From an uncultured Candidatus Saccharibacteria bacterium (GTDB lineage Bacteria; Patescibacteriota; Saccharimonadia; Saccharimonadales; JALRHH01), in NCBI GenBank assembly GCA_964559915.1, contig CAZLJP010000004.1:16336-80335 (forward strand): 64,000 nucleotides of DNA. The letters are read 5' to 3'. This document shows positions 29,496-37,605 of the stretch, one piece after another. Position 1 is the first letter of the stretch. Every line of letters begins with the position of its first letter. The position numbers and the translations under genes were made by a program. The notes below the pieces were generated by a model that worked only from the letters and a program-made list of their open reading frames with translations, did not search any database and had not been told where the DNA came from.

Positions 29496-29867
29496 ATGAG
29501 CACTAAAATTGCGATCATCGAAGATGATCAGGCTATAAGCCAAATGTACCGCATGAAGTTTGAGGCGGAGCAATTTGAAGTGGAAACTGCCGAAAACGGT
29601 AAACTCGGCCTGGAGCTCGTCGACAAGATGCGTCCTGACATTGTGCTACTAGACCTTATGATGCCCGAAATGACCGGCGATGAAATGCTCGTGAAGCTAC
29701 GCGCCACTGAGTGGGGCAAAGAAATGAAAGTAATTATTCTGACAAATATGGGCGAGCAAGAAGCGCCTGAAATTATAAAGACACTGGGCGTACGACGCTT
29801 TATCGTAAAGGCCGAGATGACACCACGACAAGTTGCCGACATGGTAAAAACTGAGTTAGCTGCGTAG
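29496..29867 (+). CDS. single-domain response regulator (receiver only)
   Basis: Receiver domain: IEDD acidic pocket, phospho-acceptor DLMMPEMTG, and K in FIVKAE. No output domain. Confidence 0.88.
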   Translation: MSTKIAIIEDDQAISQMYRMKFEAEQFEVETAENGKLGLELVDKMRPDIVLLDLMMPEMTGDEMLVKLRATEWGKEMKVIILTNMGEQEAPEIIKTLGVRRFIVKAEMTPRQVADMVKTELAA

Positions 29868-29870
29868 GCC

Positions 29871-30251
29871 ATGGCAAAACATATCGTACTAATTGAAGAC
29901 GACAAGTTGCTCTCTGATATGTATCAACAAGCCCTGATTAACGAGGGTTTTCAGTGTTCTGTGGCGCTGGACGGCTCTACGGGGCTTGATTTGGTAGACC
30001 ATGTGCAACCCGACTTGGTATTGCTTGATTTGATGCTGCCCCAGATGAGCGGTGATGAAGTGCTGGAAAAAATGCGTATAGCAGACCGAACCAAAGACAC
30101 TCGAGTTATTATTATGACCAACATCAGCGAAGCAGAAGCCCCAGAGCGACTCAAAACTCTACAGTTTGACCGCTACATCGTAAAAGCCAATACCACCCTG
30201 CTGGAAGTCATAGACATCATCAAGCAAGCCCTCAACCCAGCTACTGTCTAG
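29871..30251 (+). CDS. single-domain response regulator (receiver only), tandem paralogue
   Basis: IEDD, DLMLPQMSG and YIVKAN motifs. 3-nt spacing from the preceding receiver gene. Confidence 0.88.
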   Translation: MAKHIVLIEDDKLLSDMYQQALINEGFQCSVALDGSTGLDLVDHVQPDLVLLDLMLPQMSGDEVLEKMRIADRTKDTRVIIMTNISEAEAPERLKTLQFDRYIVKANTTLLEVIDIIKQALNPATV

Positions 30252-30288
30252 GTAGGCAAAAACACCGTATCAAGCTACTATATAGACT

Positions 30289-31593
30289 ATGAAGATTGCT
30301 ATTTTAGGCTTTGCCGGACAGGGCACCTCTGCCTATGAATACTGGAATACCGCGGATAATCAAATAACTATTTGTGACCAAAATACCGCAACGGCTATTC
30401 CATCTGGTGCGGCCAGCCAATTGGGCCCCGACTATCTACAAAATCTCGACCAGTTTGACCTGATTGTTCGCACGCCAATACTGCACCCACGTGATATTGT
30501 GGCGGCAAATCCCAACGCACCAGACATCCTCGATAAGGTTACTACTAACACCAACGAGTTTTTCCGTGTCTGCCCCACCAAAAATATTATTGGCGTGACG
30601 GGTACCAAAGGCAAAGGTACTACCAGCACATTAATCACACGCATCTTAGAAGCTGCTGGCAAACGTGTTCACTTGGGCGGTAACATTGGTATTCCACCAC
30701 TGGAACTGCTCAAAGATAATATCCAGCCTGATGATTGGGTAGTGCTTGAACTAGCCAACTTCCAGCTCATTGACCTACACCATTCACCACATATTGCCGT
30801 GTGTCTGATGGTTATGCCCGAGCACTTGGATTGGCACGAAGATATGGAAGAATACATTGCCGCCAAGCAGCAGTTGTTCATCCACCAAACCGAACAAGAT
30901 ATTGCGGTTTACTATGCCAACAACGAAAATTCTGAAAGTATTGCCGATGCTAGCGAGGGCACACTAATCCCCTACTACGCCATACCGGGTGCAATCATCA
31001 AGGGTGATTCAGTTGTTATGCATAATCAGGAGATTTGCAAGACTAGTGAGCTGAAACTACTGGGCCAACACAACTGGCAAAATGTCTGTGCCGCCATCAC
31101 CGCTACCTGGCAAATTACCCAAGACACTGACGCCATTCGCCAAGTTCTAACCACATTTAGCGGGCTTGAACACAGGCTTGAACTAGTACGAGAACTACGT
31201 GGGGTGCTGTACTACGATGATTCTTTTGGCACCACCCCAGAAACGGCCATGGTTGCAATTGAATCTTTTAGCCAGCCAAAAGTAGTAATTCTGGGCGGCT
31301 CTGATAAGGGCGTGTTGTTTGATTCCTTGGCCAAAACCGTAAAGCAAAATGATGTCCGAGCAGTAATTGCCATAGGCAAAATGGGACCAGCTATTGCCAA
31401 ATCGCTACGTAGTGTAGGGTTTACTAATATCATTAATGGCGGACAAACCATGGCAGAAATTGTTGCCCAGGCAACTGATGCCGCAGAATCGGGTGACGTA
31501 GTTTTACTCTCTACTGCTTGCGCCAGTTTTGACATGTTCGCCAACTACAAAGACCGTGGTGAACAGTTCAGGGCGGCCGTTACCGCGCTGTAG
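30289..31593 (+). CDS. murD: UDP-N-acetylmuramoyl-L-alanine--D-glutamate ligase
   Basis: GVTGTKGKGTTSTLI P-loop, HNWQN, and Mur ligase middle and C-terminal domains. Confidence 0.88.
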   Translation: MKIAILGFAGQGTSAYEYWNTADNQITICDQNTATAIPSGAASQLGPDYLQNLDQFDLIVRTPILHPRDIVAANPNAPDILDKVTTNTNEFFRVCPTKNIIGVTGTKGKGTTSTLITRILEAAGKRVHLGGNIGIPPLELLKDNIQPDDWVVLELANFQLIDLHHSPHIAVCLMVMPEHLDWHEDMEEYIAAKQQLFIHQTEQDIAVYYANNENSESIADASEGTLIPYYAIPGAIIKGDSVVMHNQEICKTSELKLLGQHNWQNVCAAITATWQITQDTDAIRQVLTTFSGLEHRLELVRELRGVLYYDDSFGTTPETAMVAIESFSQPKVVILGGSDKGVLFDSLAKTVKQNDVRAVIAIGKMGPAIAKSLRSVGFTNIINGGQTMAEIVAQATDAAESGDVVLLSTACASFDMFANYKDRGEQFRAAVTAL

Positions 31594-32386
31594 CTTTGGC
31601 GGCACGGATGACGTTTTCGAATAGTGCACAGACGGTTAAGGGGCCAACGCCACCTTTAGCTGGCGTAATGGTTAGGTCTTCTCGTTCATAAAGCTCTGGC
31701 GCAACATCCCCTACTGTTTTTCCGTCTTCGCTTGCCACGCCAGCATCCACTACTACCGCACCCGCTTTAACCATGTCTGGATATAAAATTGCTGGACTGC
31801 CGGCAGCCGTGATGATGACATCTGCCTCTAGTGTCTGCTCTTTCAGATTGGTCGTGGAGCGGTCTGCCACACTAACATCTATTTCTGATTCTTTGAGTAT
31901 TTTTTCTAGGGGTGCGCCTACCAGCTTGCCCTTGCCAATGAGTAAGACTTTTTTGCCCTGTAAATCGATGTTATAGCCCGCTAGCAACCACATGATGGCC
32001 ATGGGTGTAGCTGGCTCGAAACCTGGTGTCTGCCCCAGAGCATCAACATCCTTATTCGAGGCGACTAAGTTTACAATCTCGTCAGTTTGGCTTGGGTCTG
32101 TCAGGGGCAGTTGAACAATAATGCCGTGTACGGAATTGTCTTGGTTGAGTTGCTCGATAATCTTTGGCACATCTGCTTGCTCAGGATGATGTGATTCTAC
32201 AATTACACCCAGGTCATCACCGTAGCGCTTCTTGAGTCGTACGTAGGTATTAATCACTGGGTCGTCTTTGACCTGAATAATTGCGAGTTTGGGCTGGACA
32301 CCGTGCGCCTGAATAAGCCCACGAACTTCATGTGCTTGACGCTGCTTGATATATCCAGCTAAGTCTCTGCCGTTGAGTAGTTTCAT
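31580..32386 (-). CDS. folD: bifunctional methylenetetrahydrofolate dehydrogenase/methenyl-THF cyclohydrolase
   Basis: YVRLKKR, GIIVQLPL, ATPMAIMWLL and PGGVGPLTV-like (KGGVGPLTV) motifs. Confidence 0.92.
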   Translation of the reverse strand: MKLLNGRDLAGYIKQRQAHEVRGLIQAHGVQPKLAIIQVKDDPVINTYVRLKKRYGDDLGVIVESHHPEQADVPKIIEQLNQDNSVHGIIVQLPLTDPSQTDEIVNLVASNKDVDALGQTPGFEPATPMAIMWLLAGYNIDLQGKKVLLIGKGKLVGAPLEKILKESEIDVSVADRSTTNLKEQTLEADVIITAAGSPAILYPDMVKAGAVVVDAGVASEDGKTVGDVAPELYEREDLTITPAKGGVGPLTVCALFENVIRAAKATAR

Positions 32387-32497
32387 CGATACTCATTGTA
32401 TCCTATCTGTTAGCTTTCTATAAATATTAGTTGTACTAGCAATAAATCATGCTATAGTTCAGCTAATACTACTTAAGTTTTTATTAAGGAACCTCTT

Positions 32498-33187
32498 ATG
32501 GACCAACAACCAGTCACACCCCAAGAGCCAGCACAGCAAACACCATTACCTCTCGTGCCCGAAACATGGCCAGGTGCATGGGGAGCTTATAAATACTCAA
32601 AAGAAGCTATTAAACGAAACTGGGTAGTACTGCTAGTACTGATTCTTATAAGCGGCATCGTATCAAGTATTTTAGAAAAAAGTCTGGGCCAGTCAGGACA
32701 ACTACTCAGCAGTTTATTTAGTATCTATATTAGCGTTGTTACGATGGTAGCCTACTTTATAACCGTACGTGGAGGAGCAATTTCTTGGGGCGATGTGCTA
32801 ACAAAGACTGCACCAGTGGTATATCTCAAATATTTTGTGAACATAATTGCTTTAGGGCTGTCACTAGCGGTGGCGTTTTTACTGCTAATCGTGCCGGGCA
32901 TCATCCTACTGCCACGACTTATCTTTGCACCATACCTGCTGGTTGATAAAAAGCTCGGGCCACTTGAAGCAATGTCAAAAAGCTGGGAAATCTCTAAGGG
33001 CCATAGCGGCAAAGTCTGGGGAGTTATTGGAGCAAATATTGCCATAGCTCTACTCTGTGTCACCATCATCGGCATACCGTTCTCGTTGTACTTCCTGTTT
33101 ATGTATAGCGCCACTTTCTATGTACTGTACGAATTTATTACTACTAAAACCTCTGTAGATATTGCAGCACCCGTTACTAATAAATAG
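32498..33187 (+). CDS. integral membrane protein (DUF975-like topology)
   Basis: Pro/Gln-rich N-terminus followed by about 5 TM segments. Confidence 0.55.
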   Translation: MDQQPVTPQEPAQQTPLPLVPETWPGAWGAYKYSKEAIKRNWVVLLVLILISGIVSSILEKSLGQSGQLLSSLFSIYISVVTMVAYFITVRGGAISWGDVLTKTAPVVYLKYFVNIIALGLSLAVAFLLLIVPGIILLPRLIFAPYLLVDKKLGPLEAMSKSWEISKGHSGKVWGVIGANIAIALLCVTIIGIPFSLYFLFMYSATFYVLYEFITTKTSVDIAAPVTNK

Positions 33188-33238
33188 AACAACTTAAAGA
33201 CCAAAGAAAATGCCTCAGACAAACTGAGACATTTTCTT

Positions 33239-33314
33239 TGGAGGGCCCACCGGGACTCGAACCCGGGACACGAGGCTTAAAAGGCCTCTGCTCTACCAAC
33301 TGAGCTATAGGCCC
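33239..33314 (-). tRNA. tRNA-Lys (anticodon TTT), CCA encoded
   Basis: GGGCCTA acceptor, anticodon arm GAGGC-CTTTTAA-GCCTC, T-arm CCGGG-TTCGAGT-CCCGG, then TCCA. Followed by a hairpin shared with the end of the convergent gene. Confidence 0.9.
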
Positions 33315-33367
33315 GTGGAGACCCAAGGATTGTAGCAAATCACCTCTGTTTTGGCAAGAATCATACC

Positions 33368-33910
33368 CTATTCAGTAATAAATCGCCAAAGCCTATCCTT
33401 CTCCCGACTAATACCAATCCGCCTAGTGGCAATAATGTCTAGTTTAGTGTTATCGGGGGGCAAAAGAACAAAACGACCTTCGCCTAGCTTAACTCCATTA
33501 TCATCTCTTGTGATATTCAATGCCTGACACACTTTTGCTGGACCGTTTGTTAGTTCTGAATCGGGCCGATTATTACGACGTTCACGTATAGTATCTAGCC
33601 CCTTGTCAGGTACTAATGCACGTATTAGTACAGCCTCACCGTCGCCTTGTTTGCCTGTAACAATATTCATGCAGTAGTGCATACCGTAGGTGAAGTAGGC
33701 ATAGATATAGCCTGCTGGGCCAAACATAATCTGATTGCGCCTGGTCTGGCCATTGTAGCTATGACTTGCTGCATCTTGTTGCGTATACGCCTCTGTTTCA
33801 ACAATCATCCCACCAACTAGGCCATCAGCCTCTTGGCTATATAGCCGCCAGCCGATAAGTTGGCGTGCAGCACTCACAGCCCCTGCTTCCAACAATTCCA
33901 GCTTATCCAT
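33368..33910 (-). CDS. mpg: DNA-3-methyladenine glycosylase (Mpg/AAG family)
   Basis: ETEAY....D.ASH and FGPAGYIYAYFTYGMHYCMNIV motifs. Confidence 0.88.
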   Translation of the reverse strand: MDKLELLEAGAVSAARQLIGWRLYSQEADGLVGGMIVETEAYTQQDAASHSYNGQTRRNQIMFGPAGYIYAYFTYGMHYCMNIVTGKQGDGEAVLIRALVPDKGLDTIRERRNNRPDSELTNGPAKVCQALNITRDDNGVKLGEGRFVLLPPDNTKLDIIATRRIGISREKDRLWRFITE

Positions 33911-33940
33911 GCACGAATTCTAACACTTTATGGGTGATGC

Positions 33941-34228
33941 TTATTCGCTAGCGTGTCTATGACCGACCCAATAGGGGCGCAAGACAGTTTCTATAATATA
34001 CTGCGCTTGTTTCTGGTTGATTCGGCCCTCTGCTAGGGCTACCATGACAGCTTCAGAATGCTGGTCGTGCTGCCACTCACTCTCGCGGTCGGCCATAAAC
34101 TGCTCTGGGCTAATCTCGTTATTCATACCTTCTACATAACGAACCTGGTATAGCTCAACCATATCCTGCGGCATAGAGGGATATGGTCCGTGCATCACGC
34201 CTTCTGTTGGTAATTTATGTTCAGCCAT
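33941..34228 (-). CDS. hypothetical protein
   Basis: 95-aa ORF on the same strand as its neighbours. No recognisable motif. Confidence 0.4.
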   Translation of the reverse strand: MAEHKLPTEGVMHGPYPSMPQDMVELYQVRYVEGMNNEISPEQFMADRESEWQHDQHSEAVMVALAEGRINQKQAQYIIETVLRPYWVGHRHASE

Positions 34229-34247
34229 TGTATACGTATTATAAGCC

Positions 34248-34547
34248 CTAGAAGCCAGCTTTGTGACGTTGGGCTAGGCGTACTTGAAAGAGATTAATCT
34301 CTTTCTCTAGGTCAACATCAAAACTATTCGAAAGTGTTGTTATGGAAATAATCAAATCTGCTAGTTCTGAACCAAGATTCACTTTTATATCTTTTCTGGC
34401 TTTTGCGCCACCAGTTTTCCTGATAGCCTCAGCAACCTCGCCAAGCTCTTCCAGAATGTACAGAAGTTGTAACTCTGTACTGGGCTGATGGTTTGAGCGC
34501 TTGGCCCAATCATCCCTTACCCATTGTTGTAGTTGTGTGATCGTCAT
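34248..34547 (-). CDS. MazG-like nucleotide pyrophosphohydrolase domain protein
   Basis: EELGEVAEAIRK....ELADLI matches the EExxE...D metal-binding pattern of small MazG proteins. Confidence 0.65.
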   Translation of the reverse strand: MTITQLQQWVRDDWAKRSNHQPSTELQLLYILEELGEVAEAIRKTGGAKARKDIKVNLGSELADLIISITTLSNSFDVDLEKEINLFQVRLAQRHKAGF

Positions 34548-34679
34548 AGTGTTCTCCTTTCAAATAAAAAACACCCGTGTTTATAAAACCCAGGTGCATT
34601 TTTCCAAGGACCCAACCAACCATCCATACCGTCTAAATTATGCTGATATTATAATACTACAAATAGATTATGTCAATGG

Positions 34680-34828
34680 TGGTACACCCGGCAAGAGACG
34701 CACATCTGTAGCCATGCTCGATGCAAGCATCTGCGCGTGGCCTGGATGACCGAACTTTAGCTCGAATCTTGTCTCGATAAATCGAGCAGAAATTAAAACC
34801 ACCCATAAAGGGTGGCTTGAATTTCTCC
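34680..34828 (-). repeat. tRNA-Arg-associated 3'-end-duplication module (terminator, conserved structured core 34699-34770, 17-nt copy of tRNA 3' end 34680-34696)
   Basis: TGGTACACCCGGCAAGA occurs at 34680-34696 and inside the tRNA at 34829-34845. The core is shared with modules at 46964-47025 and 49884-49957. The terminator AAGCCACCC-TTTAT-GGGTGGTTTTAATTT lies at 34790-34818. Confidence 0.75.
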
Positions 34829-34905
34829 TGGTACACCCGGCAAGATTCGAACTTGCGACACCTGGTTCCGAAGACCAGTGCTCTAATCCGCTGAGCTACG
34901 GGTGC
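34829..34905 (-). tRNA. tRNA-Arg (anticodon TCG), CCA encoded
   Basis: GCACCCG/CGGGTGT acceptor (G1-U72), anticodon arm CTGGT-CTTCGGA-ACCAG, T-arm GCAAG-TTCGAAT-CTTGC, then ACCA. Confidence 0.9.
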
Positions 34906-35033
34906 ATAAAGGCTTTTACAGATTAGCACATCTGTTAGAAACATGGTAGCAGCTTGGCTGTGGCTTATCTCACAGTCATAAGCAACTTACTACGGTACGA
35001 TGATACATGCCAATTAACGCCAAGGAGGTACGT

Positions 35034-35192
35034 ATGGCACAATCAGATCGTGGCTTTGCATCCATGGACCCGGATAAGCAACGGGCAATCGCCAGTAAGG
35101 GCGGCAAGGCTACTGCAGGTAAGAACCTTACTACAGCCGCCCGAGCCAAGGGTGGGCGAGCGAGTCGCCGTGGCAGCACCACTGCTATGTAG
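35034..35192 (+). CDS. small KGG-repeat general-stress-type protein
   Basis: GFASMDPDKQRAIASKGGKA...AKGGRAS matches the KGG stress-protein repeat. A strong AAGGAGG sits 6 nt upstream of the ATG at 35034. A terminator follows. Confidence 0.7.
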   Translation: MAQSDRGFASMDPDKQRAIASKGGKATAGKNLTTAARAKGGRASRRGSTTAM

Positions 35193-35221
35193 ACGCAGAC
35201 TTATAGCGCTAGTTTACCCTA

Positions 35222-35250
35222 AAAACCGCCCTATTTTGGGCGGTTTTGTT
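35222..35250. terminator. bidirectional intrinsic terminator
   Basis: AAAACCGCCC-TATTTT-GGGCGGTTTTGTT lies between convergent genes. Confidence 0.75.
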
Positions 35251-35824
35251 ATTGCTGAGATTTAAGATCGATGTCTTGTTCGGCCGTGGACTGTGGCAAC
35301 GACTTTGTTTCGTGTGAGCGGCTATGCTCTAATAATGTTTTTTGTAGCAAATCAACAACGCTCTGTGCGTGTTCACGGCTCATACCAAGACGTGAGATAG
35401 TAAGCGGCTGATTGTTGGGGCCAGCTGTCTGCATAAAATTCAGCACGACACCGTGGTCATTAACCACTACGTGTGCCATATCGGTGTAGCTGATGCGTGT
35501 ATCTAGTGGCATCACCATGACGGCATTCTTGATATCGCCGATTGCGTCAGCACTCATGCTAATAGTACCTGTATCGGTTTGCTCGTAGCCGGCCATCTCC
35601 CAGAGCTTGGTGGCTTCGTCTTCTTTGATTGCAAAATGACTAATCAGTAGCAGCAAGATGTCTTCGCTTGGTCGATTGGTGCCTTGCTCGAATTCAGACA
35701 ATACGGTTGGTTCAATTTCGACAGCGCCCGACACATCAGCCAGACTCTCGTGCAGCTTTTGCCGCGCACCCTTTAATCTCGCCCCCAAGTTTTTGTATGG
35801 AAAATCCTGTTTCATCTCTGCCAT
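35249..35824 (-). CDS. XRE-family HTH protein with DUF3467-like C-terminal domain
   Basis: N-terminal HTH (LGARLKGARQKLHESLADVSGAVEIEPTVLSEFEQG). C-terminal HVVVNDHGVVLNFMQ...ISRLGMSREHAQSVVDLL. Confidence 0.65.
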   Translation of the reverse strand: MAEMKQDFPYKNLGARLKGARQKLHESLADVSGAVEIEPTVLSEFEQGTNRPSEDILLLLISHFAIKEDEATKLWEMAGYEQTDTGTISMSADAIGDIKNAVMVMPLDTRISYTDMAHVVVNDHGVVLNFMQTAGPNNQPLTISRLGMSREHAQSVVDLLQKTLLEHSRSHETKSLPQSTAEQDIDLKSQQ

Positions 35825-35955
35825 TCACTATCCATGGTACGCCTGTCCGAACCCGCAATCAACCCCAAAGAAAAGGATTACAACATTCAGTAGGCCGTAT
35901 GTTTTAAGGGCAGGCCTGGCTGGACAGTAAGCTGTTGAGATGCGAGACTTATGGT

Positions 35956-36978
35956 ATGTATATATTAGAGAACGTACCCTTGAGTACCCACTCAACCATG
36001 CGACTCGGTGGTAATGCAGCCTATTTGACCGATATTTCTACCAGGCAAGAGATTGCGGAAGCCATTACTTGGGCAGAAGAGCGTCAATTACCCGTCATGA
36101 TGATTGGTGATGGCAGTAACATTGTCTGGGAAGATATTGGCTACCCTGGCTTGGTGCTGGTCAACAAAATTGAGGGTTATGAACTGACTGGCGACTACGA
36201 CGACAGCCAGTACATCACAGCCGGTGCGGGCATGAACTGGGATAATTTTGTGGCCAAAACTGTGGAAGCGGGACTGTCTGGTGTTGAGTTTATGTCATTA
36301 ATCCCTGGTACTGTTGGTGCAACTCCCGTACAAAACGTGGGCGCCTATGGCGGCGAAGTCTCAAACGTCATCACCACAATCGAAGCCTATGATAAGGAAC
36401 AAAAGCAATTCGTCACACTCCGTGGCAGTGACTGCGGCTTTGATTACCGCACTAGCATATTTAAGACAACTGAGCGCGGGCGGTATTTCATAATCAATGT
36501 CACCTTTTGCCTGCAAAAAACTGCACCGCAGCCGCCGTTTTACGCTTCACTACAAAGTTATTTTGACGAACACAAGGTTACAGACATAACCCCTGCTGCT
36601 ATTAGAGAAGCGGTGATTGCCATTCGCTCTGCTAAACTACCCGACCCGGCAGTCGTGGCCAATAATGGCTCATTCTTTGCTAATCCGATTATCTCCAACG
36701 CAGATGCCCTGCAATTAACCGCAGACTTCCCAGATGCACCTCACTGGCAAACAGCCGCTGGCGTCAAAGTTTCTGCAGCGTGGCTAATTGAAAAAGCAGG
36801 GTTCAAGGACCGCCACGACGCCGAAACCGGCATGGCAACCTGGGCAACTCAGCCCTTAGTCCTGGTTAACGAGCACGCCGAAAGCACTGCCCAACTCAAA
36901 GCTTTCAAAGCCAAACTCGTTAACACGGTACAGCAAAAATTCGGCATAACTCTCGAGCAAGAACCCGAACTGATTTAA
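35956..36978 (+). CDS. murB: UDP-N-acetylenolpyruvoylglucosamine reductase
   Basis: STMRLGGNA, FAD-binding GDGSNIV, and C-terminal GSFFANP. The ATG at 35956 is preferred over the TTG at 35935. Confidence 0.9.
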   Translation: MYILENVPLSTHSTMRLGGNAAYLTDISTRQEIAEAITWAEERQLPVMMIGDGSNIVWEDIGYPGLVLVNKIEGYELTGDYDDSQYITAGAGMNWDNFVAKTVEAGLSGVEFMSLIPGTVGATPVQNVGAYGGEVSNVITTIEAYDKEQKQFVTLRGSDCGFDYRTSIFKTTERGRYFIINVTFCLQKTAPQPPFYASLQSYFDEHKVTDITPAAIREAVIAIRSAKLPDPAVVANNGSFFANPIISNADALQLTADFPDAPHWQTAAGVKVSAAWLIEKAGFKDRHDAETGMATWATQPLVLVNEHAESTAQLKAFKAKLVNTVQQKFGITLEQEPELI

Positions 36979-37018
36979 GTTTGCAAAAAATTAATTCGGG
37001 CGCATAATCTCTATCATT

Positions 37019-37603
37019 ATGGAAGAACAGTATGCTGAGGGTGGTGTACAAGATTCCGAGTTTGGTATGTCAATTGAGGCAATTAGCCTGCTTGACATCG
37101 CCGAACGTGCCTATTTCGATGCCTGCGGAGATTATGCCGAGCGGCCAAGCCAAAATAATCTATCCAAGATTAAAGACTTTACGCTTGAACAGGCGCTCGC
37201 TTTCTCAAAAGCGCTCGCTAATATCTCGAACGAGAACAATATTGAAACATATGCGATTCAAAGTGAAGCGCTATTCAGTGGAACAGAAAGTCGTCGTGTC
37301 AGTTTCTTGAATGCCATTACTGACAGCGAGTCGTTTTGGGTAACTAACGTACAGATGCCCGAAAGTGAGGAGCTCCTGGACGAAATCATGGCAATGCAGA
37401 GTGTATTAAATTACTGGACGCAACGGAATTCCGGTTCCCTACAACACGATACGAATCAATTTATTGACCTAGTGCAAAAAAGTCCTGCGGCAGAACGCTT
37501 TAAGCGTCACGAAGAGCTCAAGCACCATGCTCTCGATGTGGCAAAGATAGCACTTGGTACTGGCGCTGCAATACTGTTCACTAACCGTTTTCGCCGCAGC
37601 TAG
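37019..37603 (+). CDS. hypothetical tail-anchored protein
   Basis: 194-aa ORF with a C-terminal hydrophobic segment (IALGTGAAILFTNRF). Confidence 0.45.
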   Translation: MEEQYAEGGVQDSEFGMSIEAISLLDIAERAYFDACGDYAERPSQNNLSKIKDFTLEQALAFSKALANISNENNIETYAIQSEALFSGTESRRVSFLNAITDSESFWVTNVQMPESEELLDEIMAMQSVLNYWTQRNSGSLQHDTNQFIDLVQKSPAAERFKRHEELKHHALDVAKIALGTGAAILFTNRFRRS

Positions 37604-37605
37604 TA

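Noticed and set aside
34657-34944. Track ORFs covering tRNA genes and their downstream modules (34657-34944, 9843-10031, 45977-46272, 46876-47240, 49844-50116)
   Set aside because: They read through cloverleaf tRNA genes and terminator hairpins. Their shared peptide (KVRSSRP..EHG.RCA) reflects nucleotide-level conservation of the non-coding core, not a protein family.
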